From Verrucomicrobiota bacterium (GTDB lineage Bacteria; Verrucomicrobiota; Verrucomicrobiia; Opitutales; Cerasicoccaceae): 64,000 bases of DNA. A program made the translations under genes and the position numbers. The stretch lies in assembly GCA_039818205.1 (NCBI GenBank), contig JBCBUK010000006.1, positions 1-64,000 on the forward strand. The letters are read 5' to 3'. Below, one piece after another: positions 29,190-38,518 of the stretch. The notes beneath the pieces were generated by a model. The model was given only the letters and a program-made list of their open reading frames with translations. It ran no database searches and was not told where the DNA came from. Numbering within the stretch: position 1 is the stretch's first letter; each line of letters starts with the position of its first letter.

Positions 29190-30905
29190 ATGGATGATGT
29201 TTCAGACAATTGGCTCGAGCAACTTGACGAGGAGCAGCAGGAAAAATTTGCGGAAGCTCCCCGGCAGGATCGCGTAAAGTTTTTGGCGGGTGCCTTGCAG
29301 CAGAAGGAGGACGTTTGTTTTGAACGATTGGTGACGGAGTCGGGCTTGCCCGTTCTGGAAGTCATCAAGCAATCTGAGGCAACGGAAGACACCGTACCCC
29401 TGCGCTTGATTCATGAGTACCAATGTTTACCCGTTGAGGTCGATGACCGTCCCGGAGAGCTTTGCCTCGTAACCGTGTGGCCGCCATCGTTGACGATGAC
29501 TGATTGGGTCGTCGCTGCAACGGGCCGCGAACCCTCGTGGTTTTTGGGTGTGCCCAAAGACGTATCCGAGTTGATCACGCAAGCCTTCGGAGTTGGCTCT
29601 GGTAGTTTGGACGAGCAGGACATGGAAGGTTTTGCGGATTCTGAGCAGGACCAAGAAGAGGAAGATGAAGATGCGGCTTTGATCCGCTTCGTGAACGAGG
29701 TGATCACGAAGGCAATCGCCGACCGAGCAACAGATATCCACTTCGAACCACAAAAAGAAACCCTGAATATTCGCTACCGGATTGATGGTGTTTTGGTGCC
29801 GGTTCGGGTTCCTGAGAATTTAAAAACCTTCCAGCGAGCGATCATCTCCCGCTTGAAGATTATGGCGAAGTTGAACATCTCCGAGCGTCGACGCCCGCAG
29901 GATGGTCGTATCGGATTTAGCTACGGATCCGAGGAACTAGACATCCGGATTTCTTCGCTGCCGACCATGTATGGTGAGAGTATTAGTCTCCGTTTGTTGT
30001 CGGACAAGACTCAGCCGGTTACAATTGAAGACCTTGGCTTTTTGCCTCGCGACGTTGAGGCCATGGATTCCATTTTGCAGCGGCCGCATGGCATCATCTT
30101 GGCCACCGGTCCAACGGGTGCTGGTAAGTCGACGACGCTGAGTGCGTTCATCCGCCGAATCCGTGATCCGCGCCGGCGCATCGTAACGATTGAGGACCCG
30201 GTTGAGTACGAAATTGAAGGGGTCAATCAGACACAGGTTCAGAGCGAGATTGGTCTCACCTTTGCGAGCAGTTTGCGCTCGGTGCTTCGTCAAGACCCGG
30301 ACGTCATCATGGTCGGGGAAATTCGTGACCGGGAAACGGCGGATATTGCAATCCGTGCCTCGCTCACGGGTCACTTGGTGTTGTCCTCTTTGCACACCAA
30401 TGATGCTCCTGGTGCGGTGACTCGTTTGATCGATATGGACATCGAGCCATTCCTCATTGCCTCGTCGGTGGAGATGGTCATTGCCCAGCGACTCGTGCGT
30501 CGATTGTGCCTCAACTGCGCTGCTCCGGCTGACATCGAACTGAGTGAACTGAGCTCGTGTTTGATTGCGCTGCACATTCCGCCTTCGGAAGTCACTGAAG
30601 CCCATCTGGTGAAGAAGCCGGTCGGTTGTGATCGCTGCCGTGGTCTTGGTTTTCGGGGCCGGGTTGGTCTTTTCGAGATCCTTCGCATCAACGACGCGAT
30701 CCACGAATTGATCATCCAGCGTGCCTCATCCTGGGAGATCCGCAATTTGGCCGAGAAGCAGGGAATGGTCACGCTGCAAGGCAGTGGCTGGGAACAGGTC
30801 AAACGCGGCATTACTTCGATGCCTGAGGTCATGCGTTACGCTGACATCGTGACGGAAGAGGAAGAGAAAGCCAGCGCCGAGCAGATTGGTGGAACGAATA
30901 CCTAG
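29190..30905 (+). CDS. gspE: T2SS ATPase
   Basis: [39 protein letters not shown] and a tetra-Cys motif. Confidence 0.95.
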   Translation: MDDVSDNWLEQLDEEQQEKFAEAPRQDRVKFLAGALQQKEDVCFERLVTESGLPVLEVIKQSEATEDTVPLRLIHEYQCLPVEVDDRPGELCLVTVWPPSLTMTDWVVAATGREPSWFLGVPKDVSELITQAFGVGSGSLDEQDMEGFADSEQDQEEEDEDAALIRFVNEVITKAIADRATDIHFEPQKETLNIRYRIDGVLVPVRVPENLKTFQRAIISRLKIMAKLNISERRRPQDGRIGFSYGSEELDIRISSLPTMYGESISLRLLSDKTQPVTIEDLGFLPRDVEAMDSILQRPHGIILATGPTGAGKSTTLSAFIRRIRDPRRRIVTIEDPVEYEIEGVNQTQVQSEIGLTFASSLRSVLRQDPDVIMVGEIRDRETADIAIRASLTGHLVLSSLHTNDAPGAVTRLIDMDIEPFLIASSVEMVIAQRLVRRLCLNCAAPADIELSELSSCLIALHIPPSEVTEAHLVKKPVGCDRCRGLGFRGRVGLFEILRINDAIHELIIQRASSWEIRNLAEKQGMVTLQGSGWEQVKRGITSMPEVMRYADIVTEEEEKASAEQIGGTNT

Positions 30906-30911
30906 TGCACG

Positions 30912-32216
30912 ATGCCGACATTTCAATACAAGGGAATTGGAGATGGTGGAAAGACGGTCAATGGCACCATTGATGCCGTCGACCGCAAGCAGGCGCTACG
31001 AAAGATTCGTGCGAGCCGTGTTCGTCCCTTGGAGGTGAAGGCTGGTCGGGAGGCGCGTTTTGGAACGGGAAAGAAGAAAAAACCCAATACCAAAGCCGCG
31101 CAATCAGCGCAGGTCGATATAGGGGTGGCCGATACCTCGGAAAAGAAATCGGGCGCTTTATTTTCCCGGAAGAAGAAGCCGAGTCGAAAGATGGCTTTGC
31201 CGTTTTTCCGTAAGCTTTATCAGTTGCACAAGAGCGGAATGCCCGTGGGTGACGCAATGCAGATAATGAGTTCCCGTATGGGGGATCCTGCGCTCAAGCA
31301 GTTATCGAATGATGTCTTCCGCGATTTGAGCGAGGGGCGCACGCTTGCAAACTCCATGCGTGGAATGCCTGAGTATTTTGAACCAACGATGGCGCACCTT
31401 ATCGAAGCCGGTGAGGCAACAGGCAACGTTGAACCAATCCTAGGCAACATCATTGACCACTTGGAACGCCGAGCTGCTTTGCAGAAAGAAGTGCAAGCTG
31501 CCATGGCCTATCCGATAATGATTTGCTTGGTCGCCTTGGGGGTCGTTGGCCTGTTCCTGTTTTACTTGTTGCCGAGAATCCAAGGGATGCTCGACCAAAT
31601 GGGTGGTGAGCTTAATTTGTCGGCCAAAATCATGATCGGATTGGCGGACTTTGCCTTGCTGCAAGGTCCATTTATTCTGGCCGGGATTGGCGTGATTGCC
31701 TTCGCCATTGCGCAGTGGCGTAAGTCGGATTCCGGACGATTGGCCACCGATAGTTGGGCACTGCGAATACCGATTTTTTCCAGCCTCTATTACAACTCAG
31801 ATATTTGCCGGATGGCTAACATTCTCAACGTATTGTTGTCCAATGGTGTGAACACGACGGAAAGCCTTCGCCTGGCAGAGAATACTTTGCAAAACAGAGT
31901 ATTACTGGAAAAGTATCTTGGAGCTCGGACGATGATCAACGACGGTGCGCCCTTCTCAGCAGCGTTTAAGCGATACACACTGTTGCCGGATATTGATCAG
32001 GACATTTTGAGTATTGGTGAAAACACGGGTAGCCTGGCACCGAGCTTTCATGAGATCTATAACATGCATGCATCGGAGCTTTCGGGTAAGCTAAAGATGC
32101 TCACGCGATTGATTGCTGGCGTTGCGCTGGGCTTTGCCTTCACGCTGGTGTTCATCCTGACTTTGGCTATTGTGATGAGTATTCTGAATATGAGCCAGTC
32201 AATGATGGCTCGCTAA
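30912..32216 (+). CDS. gspF: T2SS inner-membrane platform protein
   Basis: MPTFQYKG, AGEATG, AMAYP and GENTGSL. Confidence 0.92.
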   Translation: MPTFQYKGIGDGGKTVNGTIDAVDRKQALRKIRASRVRPLEVKAGREARFGTGKKKKPNTKAAQSAQVDIGVADTSEKKSGALFSRKKKPSRKMALPFFRKLYQLHKSGMPVGDAMQIMSSRMGDPALKQLSNDVFRDLSEGRTLANSMRGMPEYFEPTMAHLIEAGEATGNVEPILGNIIDHLERRAALQKEVQAAMAYPIMICLVALGVVGLFLFYLLPRIQGMLDQMGGELNLSAKIMIGLADFALLQGPFILAGIGVIAFAIAQWRKSDSGRLATDSWALRIPIFSSLYYNSDICRMANILNVLLSNGVNTTESLRLAENTLQNRVLLEKYLGARTMINDGAPFSAAFKRYTLLPDIDQDILSIGENTGSLAPSFHEIYNMHASELSGKLKMLTRLIAGVALGFAFTLVFILTLAIVMSILNMSQSMMAR

Positions 32217-32235
32217 TTATTCCGAACTTCCTGGC

Positions 32236-33264
32236 ATGGACGTACCAACGATTCAGGCGGACAACTGGGAAAAGATCCGACGGTTGTTGTGCGATTTGCA
32301 GGATACCTTGCTTGCAACGATTCTTCGGGAGCGGGGCAATCAGAGTCATTCGCTACACGAGGTTGCCCATGTGACCTCGGCTGATGTGATCTACCAGATC
32401 GATAAGATCAGTGAGGATACAATCATTGAATGGTTTAATGACAGCTGGCCTCAAGCGTGGTCGGTCGAGATTGTGATGGAAGGCAACGAAGACGAAGAGT
32501 CCCTGACTTTTCCTAAACGAACGCCCATTGAGCAGACCCAGTTTAAGTGTATCCTCGACCCCATTGATGGCACGCGCGGTATCATGTATGACAAGCGATC
32601 CGCTTGGATTCTTGGTGGGATTGCACCGCAGCTGGGAAGTGAGACCAGCCTCCAAGACATTGTGGTTGGCGCGATGACTGAGCTGCCGACCACCAAACAA
32701 TGGCGCGCGGATCAACTGAGTGCCGTCGCCGGTGGGCCATTGATTTCGGATGCCATTGATGTCCGATCGATGACGCATAATCCCATCCATCTGCGTCCGT
32801 CGGAGGCGAGAGATTTTAATCATGGTTTTTCGGCGATTGGACGCTTCTTCCCGGACGGCCTTGAACTGCTTGCCCGGATTGAGGCCGAGCTATGGCGCCG
32901 GGTCGACAGCACTGAACGAAGCTTCCCCATGATTTTCAGCGACCAATATCTGTCGACGGGTGGTCAGTTCTACGAGTTGATGGCCGGTCATGATCGATTC
33001 CTGGCTGACCTGCGGCCAGCAGTTTTTAAACAACTTGGGCTGGGCGATGCGATGACCTGTCATCCCTACGACATCGCGTTCATGCCTGTTCTTACGGCGT
33101 CGGGAGTGATTGCGGAGAATCCGATTACGGGGGGTCCTGTCGATGCACCGCTGGATACTACTTCGCCTGTTTGTTGGGCGGGCTATGCGAACGCGGACCT
33201 GCAAGCAATGGTGAGTCCACATTTGCGTGACATCTTAATGGAAACTTGTCCGAAGGCATTTTAA
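32236..33264 (+). CDS. Inositol monophosphatase-superfamily protein
   Basis: ILDPIDGT metal-binding motif and HPYDI. Confidence 0.75.
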   Translation: MDVPTIQADNWEKIRRLLCDLQDTLLATILRERGNQSHSLHEVAHVTSADVIYQIDKISEDTIIEWFNDSWPQAWSVEIVMEGNEDEESLTFPKRTPIEQTQFKCILDPIDGTRGIMYDKRSAWILGGIAPQLGSETSLQDIVVGAMTELPTTKQWRADQLSAVAGGPLISDAIDVRSMTHNPIHLRPSEARDFNHGFSAIGRFFPDGLELLARIEAELWRRVDSTERSFPMIFSDQYLSTGGQFYELMAGHDRFLADLRPAVFKQLGLGDAMTCHPYDIAFMPVLTASGVIAENPITGGPVDAPLDTTSPVCWAGYANADLQAMVSPHLRDILMETCPKAF

Positions 33265-33266
33265 CA

Positions 33267-34556
33267 ATGAGTCTACCGATACCTGAATCCATTTCTGCAT
33301 GGCGCCATGCAATACAGTCCAATCCCGAACAAGCTGTTGATGCCTTGCTTCGTGGCATTGAATCCCTCCCACAGAATTTGCATCGTTCGGTAATCAGGTG
33401 GACTCCAGAACGTTCGGCTTTTATTAAGGCCATAACTGATTCAGCGTCGGCAGCGGGACCGCTCAGTGGTGTTCCTTACGCCCTGAAGGATTTGTTTGAT
33501 TTCGCGGGGGCTCCGACAACGGCGGGTTCATCGTTTTTGAATGAAGTCCGAGAAACGCCGACCAAGGATAGCCATATGGTTGAGTCGCTTGCTCATCATG
33601 GTGCGGTGATGGCGAGCAAGGTGGCTACCGTGGAGTTTGCCTATGGCCTGTCGGGGGAAAATCAATGGTATGGCGATTGCCCACACCCCTCGGTGAGTGG
33701 CGCCTTGTCTGGTGGCTCGAGCAGTGGCTCTGCCTGGGTGGTCGCGCGCGGTTTAGTTCCGTTTGCGATTGGGACCGATACTGCTGGGTCGGTTCGGGTG
33801 CCAGCTGCGTATTGCGGTTTGTTTGGGTGGCGTGATATCCCCGGTCCGTTTGTTCAAGAGGGCTGCGTTCCGTTGGCGCAGTCTTACGACACGCCAGGTT
33901 GGTTCACGCGCTCAGCCGCAGAGTTACAAATGCTCAATGAGTTGTTGCTGCCGCACGTTCCTGATTCCACAAACCTGCACGTACTCGACTTGAGCAGCCT
34001 CGCCTCTGGCATGGACGATCAGCTGTTAGCGAGAGGGCAGGGTGTATTGCAGTCGCTTGAGGCGGTCGAGGACCCCGTGGCATTGGGACATGCGCAGGAA
34101 GCGTTCGCCGACGTGGCGACGGCTTACAATATCCTGAGTACTCTTGAGATATTTGCTAACCACCAAGATTGGATCGATGCTTATCGCGACCGTTACGATC
34201 CGGTTGTGTGGGCGCGTATTGATCGCGGGCGACATTGGACTGCCGAACAGGTTGGATGGGCCACGGAAAAGCAACGCCGGGTTCGCGAGACCTTTGCGCA
34301 ATTGTTTGCTCGTTACGATGCGATCGCATTGCCGATAACGCCGATTCCCTCGCCTGGTAAAGGTGCCATGACCGAAGACTACCGGTCAGCATTGTTGGCG
34401 TTAAATACTCCTGCGAGTTTGGCGTGCGTCCCTGCGTTGACGATACCGATCAAGCTCGAAGATGGTCGCAGTGGTGGTCTCCAAATTTTGTTTGCTGCCG
34501 AAGAGGATCGAACTTGGAAGGCATCGCGAATTTTGGAGCGATTGGAAACTCTTTAG
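33267..34556 (+). CDS. Amidase signature family protein
   Basis: PLSGVPYALKDLFD, GGSSSGS and GTDTAGSVRVPA. Confidence 0.9.
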   Translation: MSLPIPESISAWRHAIQSNPEQAVDALLRGIESLPQNLHRSVIRWTPERSAFIKAITDSASAAGPLSGVPYALKDLFDFAGAPTTAGSSFLNEVRETPTKDSHMVESLAHHGAVMASKVATVEFAYGLSGENQWYGDCPHPSVSGALSGGSSSGSAWVVARGLVPFAIGTDTAGSVRVPAAYCGLFGWRDIPGPFVQEGCVPLAQSYDTPGWFTRSAAELQMLNELLLPHVPDSTNLHVLDLSSLASGMDDQLLARGQGVLQSLEAVEDPVALGHAQEAFADVATAYNILSTLEIFANHQDWIDAYRDRYDPVVWARIDRGRHWTAEQVGWATEKQRRVRETFAQLFARYDAIALPITPIPSPGKGAMTEDYRSALLALNTPASLACVPALTIPIKLEDGRSGGLQILFAAEEDRTWKASRILERLETL

Positions 34557-34564
34557 ACCAGACG

Positions 34565-36238
34565 TTAGTTTTTCTTTTTGTTGGCTTCACGTGCGGCTTT
34601 GCGACGGTCTGCTTTTTCACGGAGTTTCTGTTTGATGGCATTCACCGAATTTTGCCAAGCCTTGGCTTGATCGCGATCGCCGAATTGCGAGGCCAATGGA
34701 ATCGCTGAGGGCATGAACTTTAATTTTTCGATGTCGAAAGTTGCCTGATTCGACAGGGTTTTGAGAATTTTATAGGCGGTCTCGCGGTCACCCAATTTGA
34801 CAAGCAATTCAGAAATCTGGAATGCGAGCCCACACTCGTCTGGCGCGAATCCGGGCATTTGCGCAACGAATTTTAGCTGGTCGATCGCCTTGCTATTTTC
34901 GCTACGATTTTCCCACCCCTTGGCGATTGCGTAGGCGAGCGCAAGACCCGGCGCTCGGTGGTAGTTAGAGCGCTCGTATTCGAAAGCTTCGTCGTTGCCT
35001 TGAGTGCGACGAATTCGTTCAGCTTCACGCAAGACAACATACTGGGCGTAGGGGTCATCGGCGGATAGCTTTTCAAGCTGTTCTTCGAGGGTTACCTTGA
35101 AGGGCTTGTACAGTGGATCGCCGATAAACATCGGCATCCAGCTGAGAGCAGGCAGTGCGTAGTAGGCGGCTTCGCAGGTAGTCATGCCATTCACCATGCC
35201 CTCGAGGAAGAGATCCGTGTTGTGGGTAAAATGGAGGAAAGGTTCGTAGACATTGCCAACGGTCGCGGCAATACCCCGCTCAACCAGTGTTCCACCCCAG
35301 CGGCGATTGGGTTCCCGTAGATTTTGGCCAGAGAAGCTTGAAATATGGATGGCGAGGGCGCCGGGCGGAAAACGGTAGGCTGGGTTTTCAAAGCCTCCTA
35401 CTGGGGCGTGTACCCACCATCCAAAGTATATGGCGGCTGCATCGAGTCGGTCAGTCCATTGGAAAACCGATTTTGTCTCATCAACGCTAACCGGGAAGTA
35501 CTGTTGCTCGATTAACTTGCGATCGGTATTGATCCAAGTATCGCCCATTTTATGAGGACCGCCAAGGTCGAAGTAACCCCGGCCCTTAAGGCCGTCGCGT
35601 TCGCCAATGATTGCGCTGTCGATCAAGCGTTTGACTGCCGCGACGCTTGGGCCGTCAAGTCGTGCGACTCGGATGACGTTTGCCAGCATTTGGGGTGCGG
35701 GTTGTTTTTGCTTATAGAGCGGGTTATTTACGGGGCCCGCTAGGGGCGTGTCGGTAACGCAAAGCAGACTTAGTTCGCTGTCCACTGAAGCGGCGGAGTT
35801 TCCCATCGTTTTGTTCTGCGGCTTGGGAAACGCGCTCATCGATTCTTCGGTGTAACCGCTGACTTGATAGGGCAGTCGGCACAAAACGAGATAGCCGATA
35901 CTGTGCCCTTGAAGTTGCATGCGGCGGCGCCCAGCGGAATCCGTTTCATCTTTCCAGACAGCGCGAATCCACCCATTGGCAACAAGCTGTTCCCGCAGTG
36001 GGTTAAAGATCTCGGATACGAATTCTTCTCCGGTAAGTCGCTGAACCCGTCGCACCGGGATCATGATTAGGTTTGCCTCCGGAATGCCGCGCTGCTCCAT
36101 GTAGTATCGCGCGATCTCCAGCGATTCGCGGTCCTTGCTGTTGGCGACAACCACGACATTTTCTGGGCCGATATTCAGCGCGCTAGCCTGCGGAAGAAAG
36201 AGGAAGAGGCATCCTAATAATGCAACAAGACGATACAT
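34565..36238 (-). CDS. TIGR03790-family protein with C-terminal TPR-like helices
   Basis: PENVVVVANS, YYMEQRGIP, ASVDSEL, VARLDGP, GNVYEP and IGDPLYKPF. Confidence 0.75.
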   Translation of the reverse strand: MYRLVALLGCLFLFLPQASALNIGPENVVVVANSKDRESLEIARYYMEQRGIPEANLIMIPVRRVQRLTGEEFVSEIFNPLREQLVANGWIRAVWKDETDSAGRRRMQLQGHSIGYLVLCRLPYQVSGYTEESMSAFPKPQNKTMGNSAASVDSELSLLCVTDTPLAGPVNNPLYKQKQPAPQMLANVIRVARLDGPSVAAVKRLIDSAIIGERDGLKGRGYFDLGGPHKMGDTWINTDRKLIEQQYFPVSVDETKSVFQWTDRLDAAAIYFGWWVHAPVGGFENPAYRFPPGALAIHISSFSGQNLREPNRRWGGTLVERGIAATVGNVYEPFLHFTHNTDLFLEGMVNGMTTCEAAYYALPALSWMPMFIGDPLYKPFKVTLEEQLEKLSADDPYAQYVVLREAERIRRTQGNDEAFEYERSNYHRAPGLALAYAIAKGWENRSENSKAIDQLKFVAQMPGFAPDECGLAFQISELLVKLGDRETAYKILKTLSNQATFDIEKLKFMPSAIPLASQFGDRDQAKAWQNSVNAIKQKLREKADRRKAAREANKKKN

Positions 36239-36249
36239 GGCCGGATAGC

Positions 36250-36627
36250 CTAGGGGGTCGAAAATTGGATGGCCAGCCTGATTCCAATCCAAACCGCCAG
36301 GATGCAGAGAATCACGTTGAGCGCGATGTTGGCGAGGCCAGCTTCCCAGCTCTGTTCCTTAAACAGGGTGAGCGTTTCAAAGCTAAAGGTGGAGAAGGTC
36401 GTGAATGCGCCGCAAAACCCCGTTGCGAATAGAAATTTGACTCCGTGAGGCACCTGACTGCGAGTGCCCATCCAACCGAGAACCAGACCAATGAGCAGCG
36501 AACCGGAAACGTTAACGATGAACGTCGCCCACGGAAAACCGCCTTTGATGTAGTGACTAATTAAGGCTCGGCTTATTGCCCCCAGTGCGCCGCCAATTGC
36601 GACGTAAATGAGGTGGGTAATGCTCAT
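36250..36627 (-). CDS. crcB: Fluoride efflux channel Fluc/CrcB
   Basis: GGALGAISR, PWATFIVNVSGS and TGFCGAFTTFSTFSFE. Confidence 0.95.
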   Translation of the reverse strand: MSITHLIYVAIGGALGAISRALISHYIKGGFPWATFIVNVSGSLLIGLVLGWMGTRSQVPHGVKFLFATGFCGAFTTFSTFSFETLTLFKEQSWEAGLANIALNVILCILAVWIGIRLAIQFSTP

Positions 36628-37673
36628 GAATCTATTCCGCGCGCTCGATTCAGGGCTTTCTGATATTGAAGGATGCCGCTCACGATACCGTCGGCAATCT
36701 TTTCGCGGTAGGCAGCGCTGCCAATGTTGCGGCCCTCACGCGGATGGGTAATGAACCCGCCTTCGACCAGAACTCCCGGGCATTTCAGGTCTCGCAGGAC
36801 GGCGAAACGCGCCCGTTTAAGCCCGCGGTCACTCGCGTTGGTCGAACCGACCATTTCTTTCTGGATGTGGTAGCCTGCCAGAAGGCTCCAAGGGTTGTCT
36901 TGATTGCCCGGGTAAGTCTTTTTTGCCCCAGAGGTCACCTTGCTATGGTTCGTTGAGGGATGTCCCGCCGGCGTCATGACAAAACACTCCGCACCGTCTA
37001 CTTTGGAAGAGTCAACGGCGTTGAAATGGATGCTGATAAAGAGGTCTGCGTTGAGCTTGTTTGCAATTGCGGGACGGTCCTTGAGATCGATAAAGCGGTC
37101 GTTGTCTCGAGTCATCGTGACCTTGTAGCCGTAGCGTTCCAGTTTGGTCTTTAGGCGTTTGGACAGGTCAAGGGCCAAGGACTTCTCCTTGAGCTTGAGC
37201 CCCGAGTTTTGGGCACCACCGTCTTTGCCGCCGTGACCCGCATCAATGACGATGTGATAGAGCTTTGGCTTGGGGTCGAACCGGTGCGGAAACAATAACG
37301 GTTTTAGCGTTTGGGCGTAATCGCGCTCCGAGATGTAGAGATTTTGTTTGTGGAGTGCGATGGGAACACCGAGGTAAACGCGCTGGCCATTGAACTGAAA
37401 ATACCGCTGGTGTAGTTTAAACTTCAGTGATGACCATTTGCTCGCAATCTCGGCGTGGCTGTTGGCGGATAGCCAGCGGTGATCCATACCAAATCGTTTG
37501 GCAACCTCGGGCAGCGAAACATAGGCGTGCCCGTTGATCGTCACCGCATGCGCGTTCGAAACACCAAAGCACGCAACCGCCCAGAGTACCATCGCCAGAA
37601 AAATCTGGTGGTGAGGTTGTCGAACTGCTGGATATCGAATCATGGCATTCGTTGGATTCGCAAAATCCCGCAC
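36624..37673 (-). CDS. N-acetylmuramoyl-L-alanine amidase (Amidase_3)
   Basis: IVIDAGHGGKD, EK, FISIHFNA and VLVEGGF. The start is uncertain (37673 or 37643). Confidence 0.92.
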   Translation of the reverse strand: MRDFANPTNAMIRYPAVRQPHHQIFLAMVLWAVACFGVSNAHAVTINGHAYVSLPEVAKRFGMDHRWLSANSHAEIASKWSSLKFKLHQRYFQFNGQRVYLGVPIALHKQNLYISERDYAQTLKPLLFPHRFDPKPKLYHIVIDAGHGGKDGGAQNSGLKLKEKSLALDLSKRLKTKLERYGYKVTMTRDNDRFIDLKDRPAIANKLNADLFISIHFNAVDSSKVDGAECFVMTPAGHPSTNHSKVTSGAKKTYPGNQDNPWSLLAGYHIQKEMVGSTNASDRGLKRARFAVLRDLKCPGVLVEGGFITHPREGRNIGSAAYREKIADGIVSGILQYQKALNRARGIDS

Positions 37674-37685
37674 GAAACCTCAGGA

Positions 37686-38315
37686 CTATTCTTCGTGATC
37701 GTCGTCGTCCTCGTCGGGCGCACCGTCATCCGGGTGAAGATTGTATTTAAGCGGCTTCTTTTTGTTGGCGGGAAGCGGTGATACCGTCGTGGTGATATTG
37801 CGGCCCACTTGCTTGGGCGGCGTGTCCGCTTGCCCGATATGATCCAGATCTTTGATCGCTCGCTTCACCACTTCGAAACCAAGTTCAGGGTGTTGCATTT
37901 CGCGGCCCCGGAACATCAAGGTGATTTTGAGCTTGGATCCGTGATCCAAAAATTCTTCTGCGCGGCGAAGCTTGGTGAGGTAGTCATGTTCCTCGATACG
38001 TGCGCGGAACTTTACCTCCTTCAACCGTGATGCGGATTGCGATTTCTTGCTATCCTTCTCCCGCTTGCTTTGTTCGTACATGAACTTCCCGTAGTCCAAG
38101 ATGCGACATACGGGGGGTCTTGCCGTCGGGGAAACTTCCAGGAGGTCAAGCCCGGCTCCTTTGGCAAGTTCGAGTGCCTCGCGGGTCTTCATAACACCGA
38201 TTTGCCTTCCATCAGGTCCAATGACCCGGATCTCGGGAACACGGATGCGTTCGTTTTTGCGGGGCCCTCTTGGCTGATGGCGGCCGCGTCCTCTTCCAAA
38301 TGGCGCTTTTCCCAT
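37686..38315 (-). CDS. infC: Translation initiation factor IF-3
   Basis: NERIRVPEIRVIG, PPVCRILDYGKF, KEVKFR and MFRGRE. Confidence 0.96.
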   Translation of the reverse strand: MGKAPFGRGRGRHQPRGPRKNERIRVPEIRVIGPDGRQIGVMKTREALELAKGAGLDLLEVSPTARPPVCRILDYGKFMYEQSKREKDSKKSQSASRLKEVKFRARIEEHDYLTKLRRAEEFLDHGSKLKITLMFRGREMQHPELGFEVVKRAIKDLDHIGQADTPPKQVGRNITTTVSPLPANKKKPLKYNLHPDDGAPDEDDDDHEE

Positions 38316-38518
38316 TAAGAATCGGATACTTGGAAACACCCGAACGGTCGGTGTGCTTCACTTCGGTTATGGCTTGTTTGGATAACGCTATCGCTATTTT
38401 GCATAAATTCTACGTGAGTATTGCATGACTAAAAATCATTTCAATCTCCTTTTCGTAAATATTCTCCCCTATGGATCTAATCCATTCTGCGGTATTTCCC
38501 CGGGATTGGAGTCAATGT

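Noticed and set aside
36620..36700. Fluoride riboswitch before crcB
   Set aside because: crcB overlaps the upstream amidase gene, and no consensus motif is visible.
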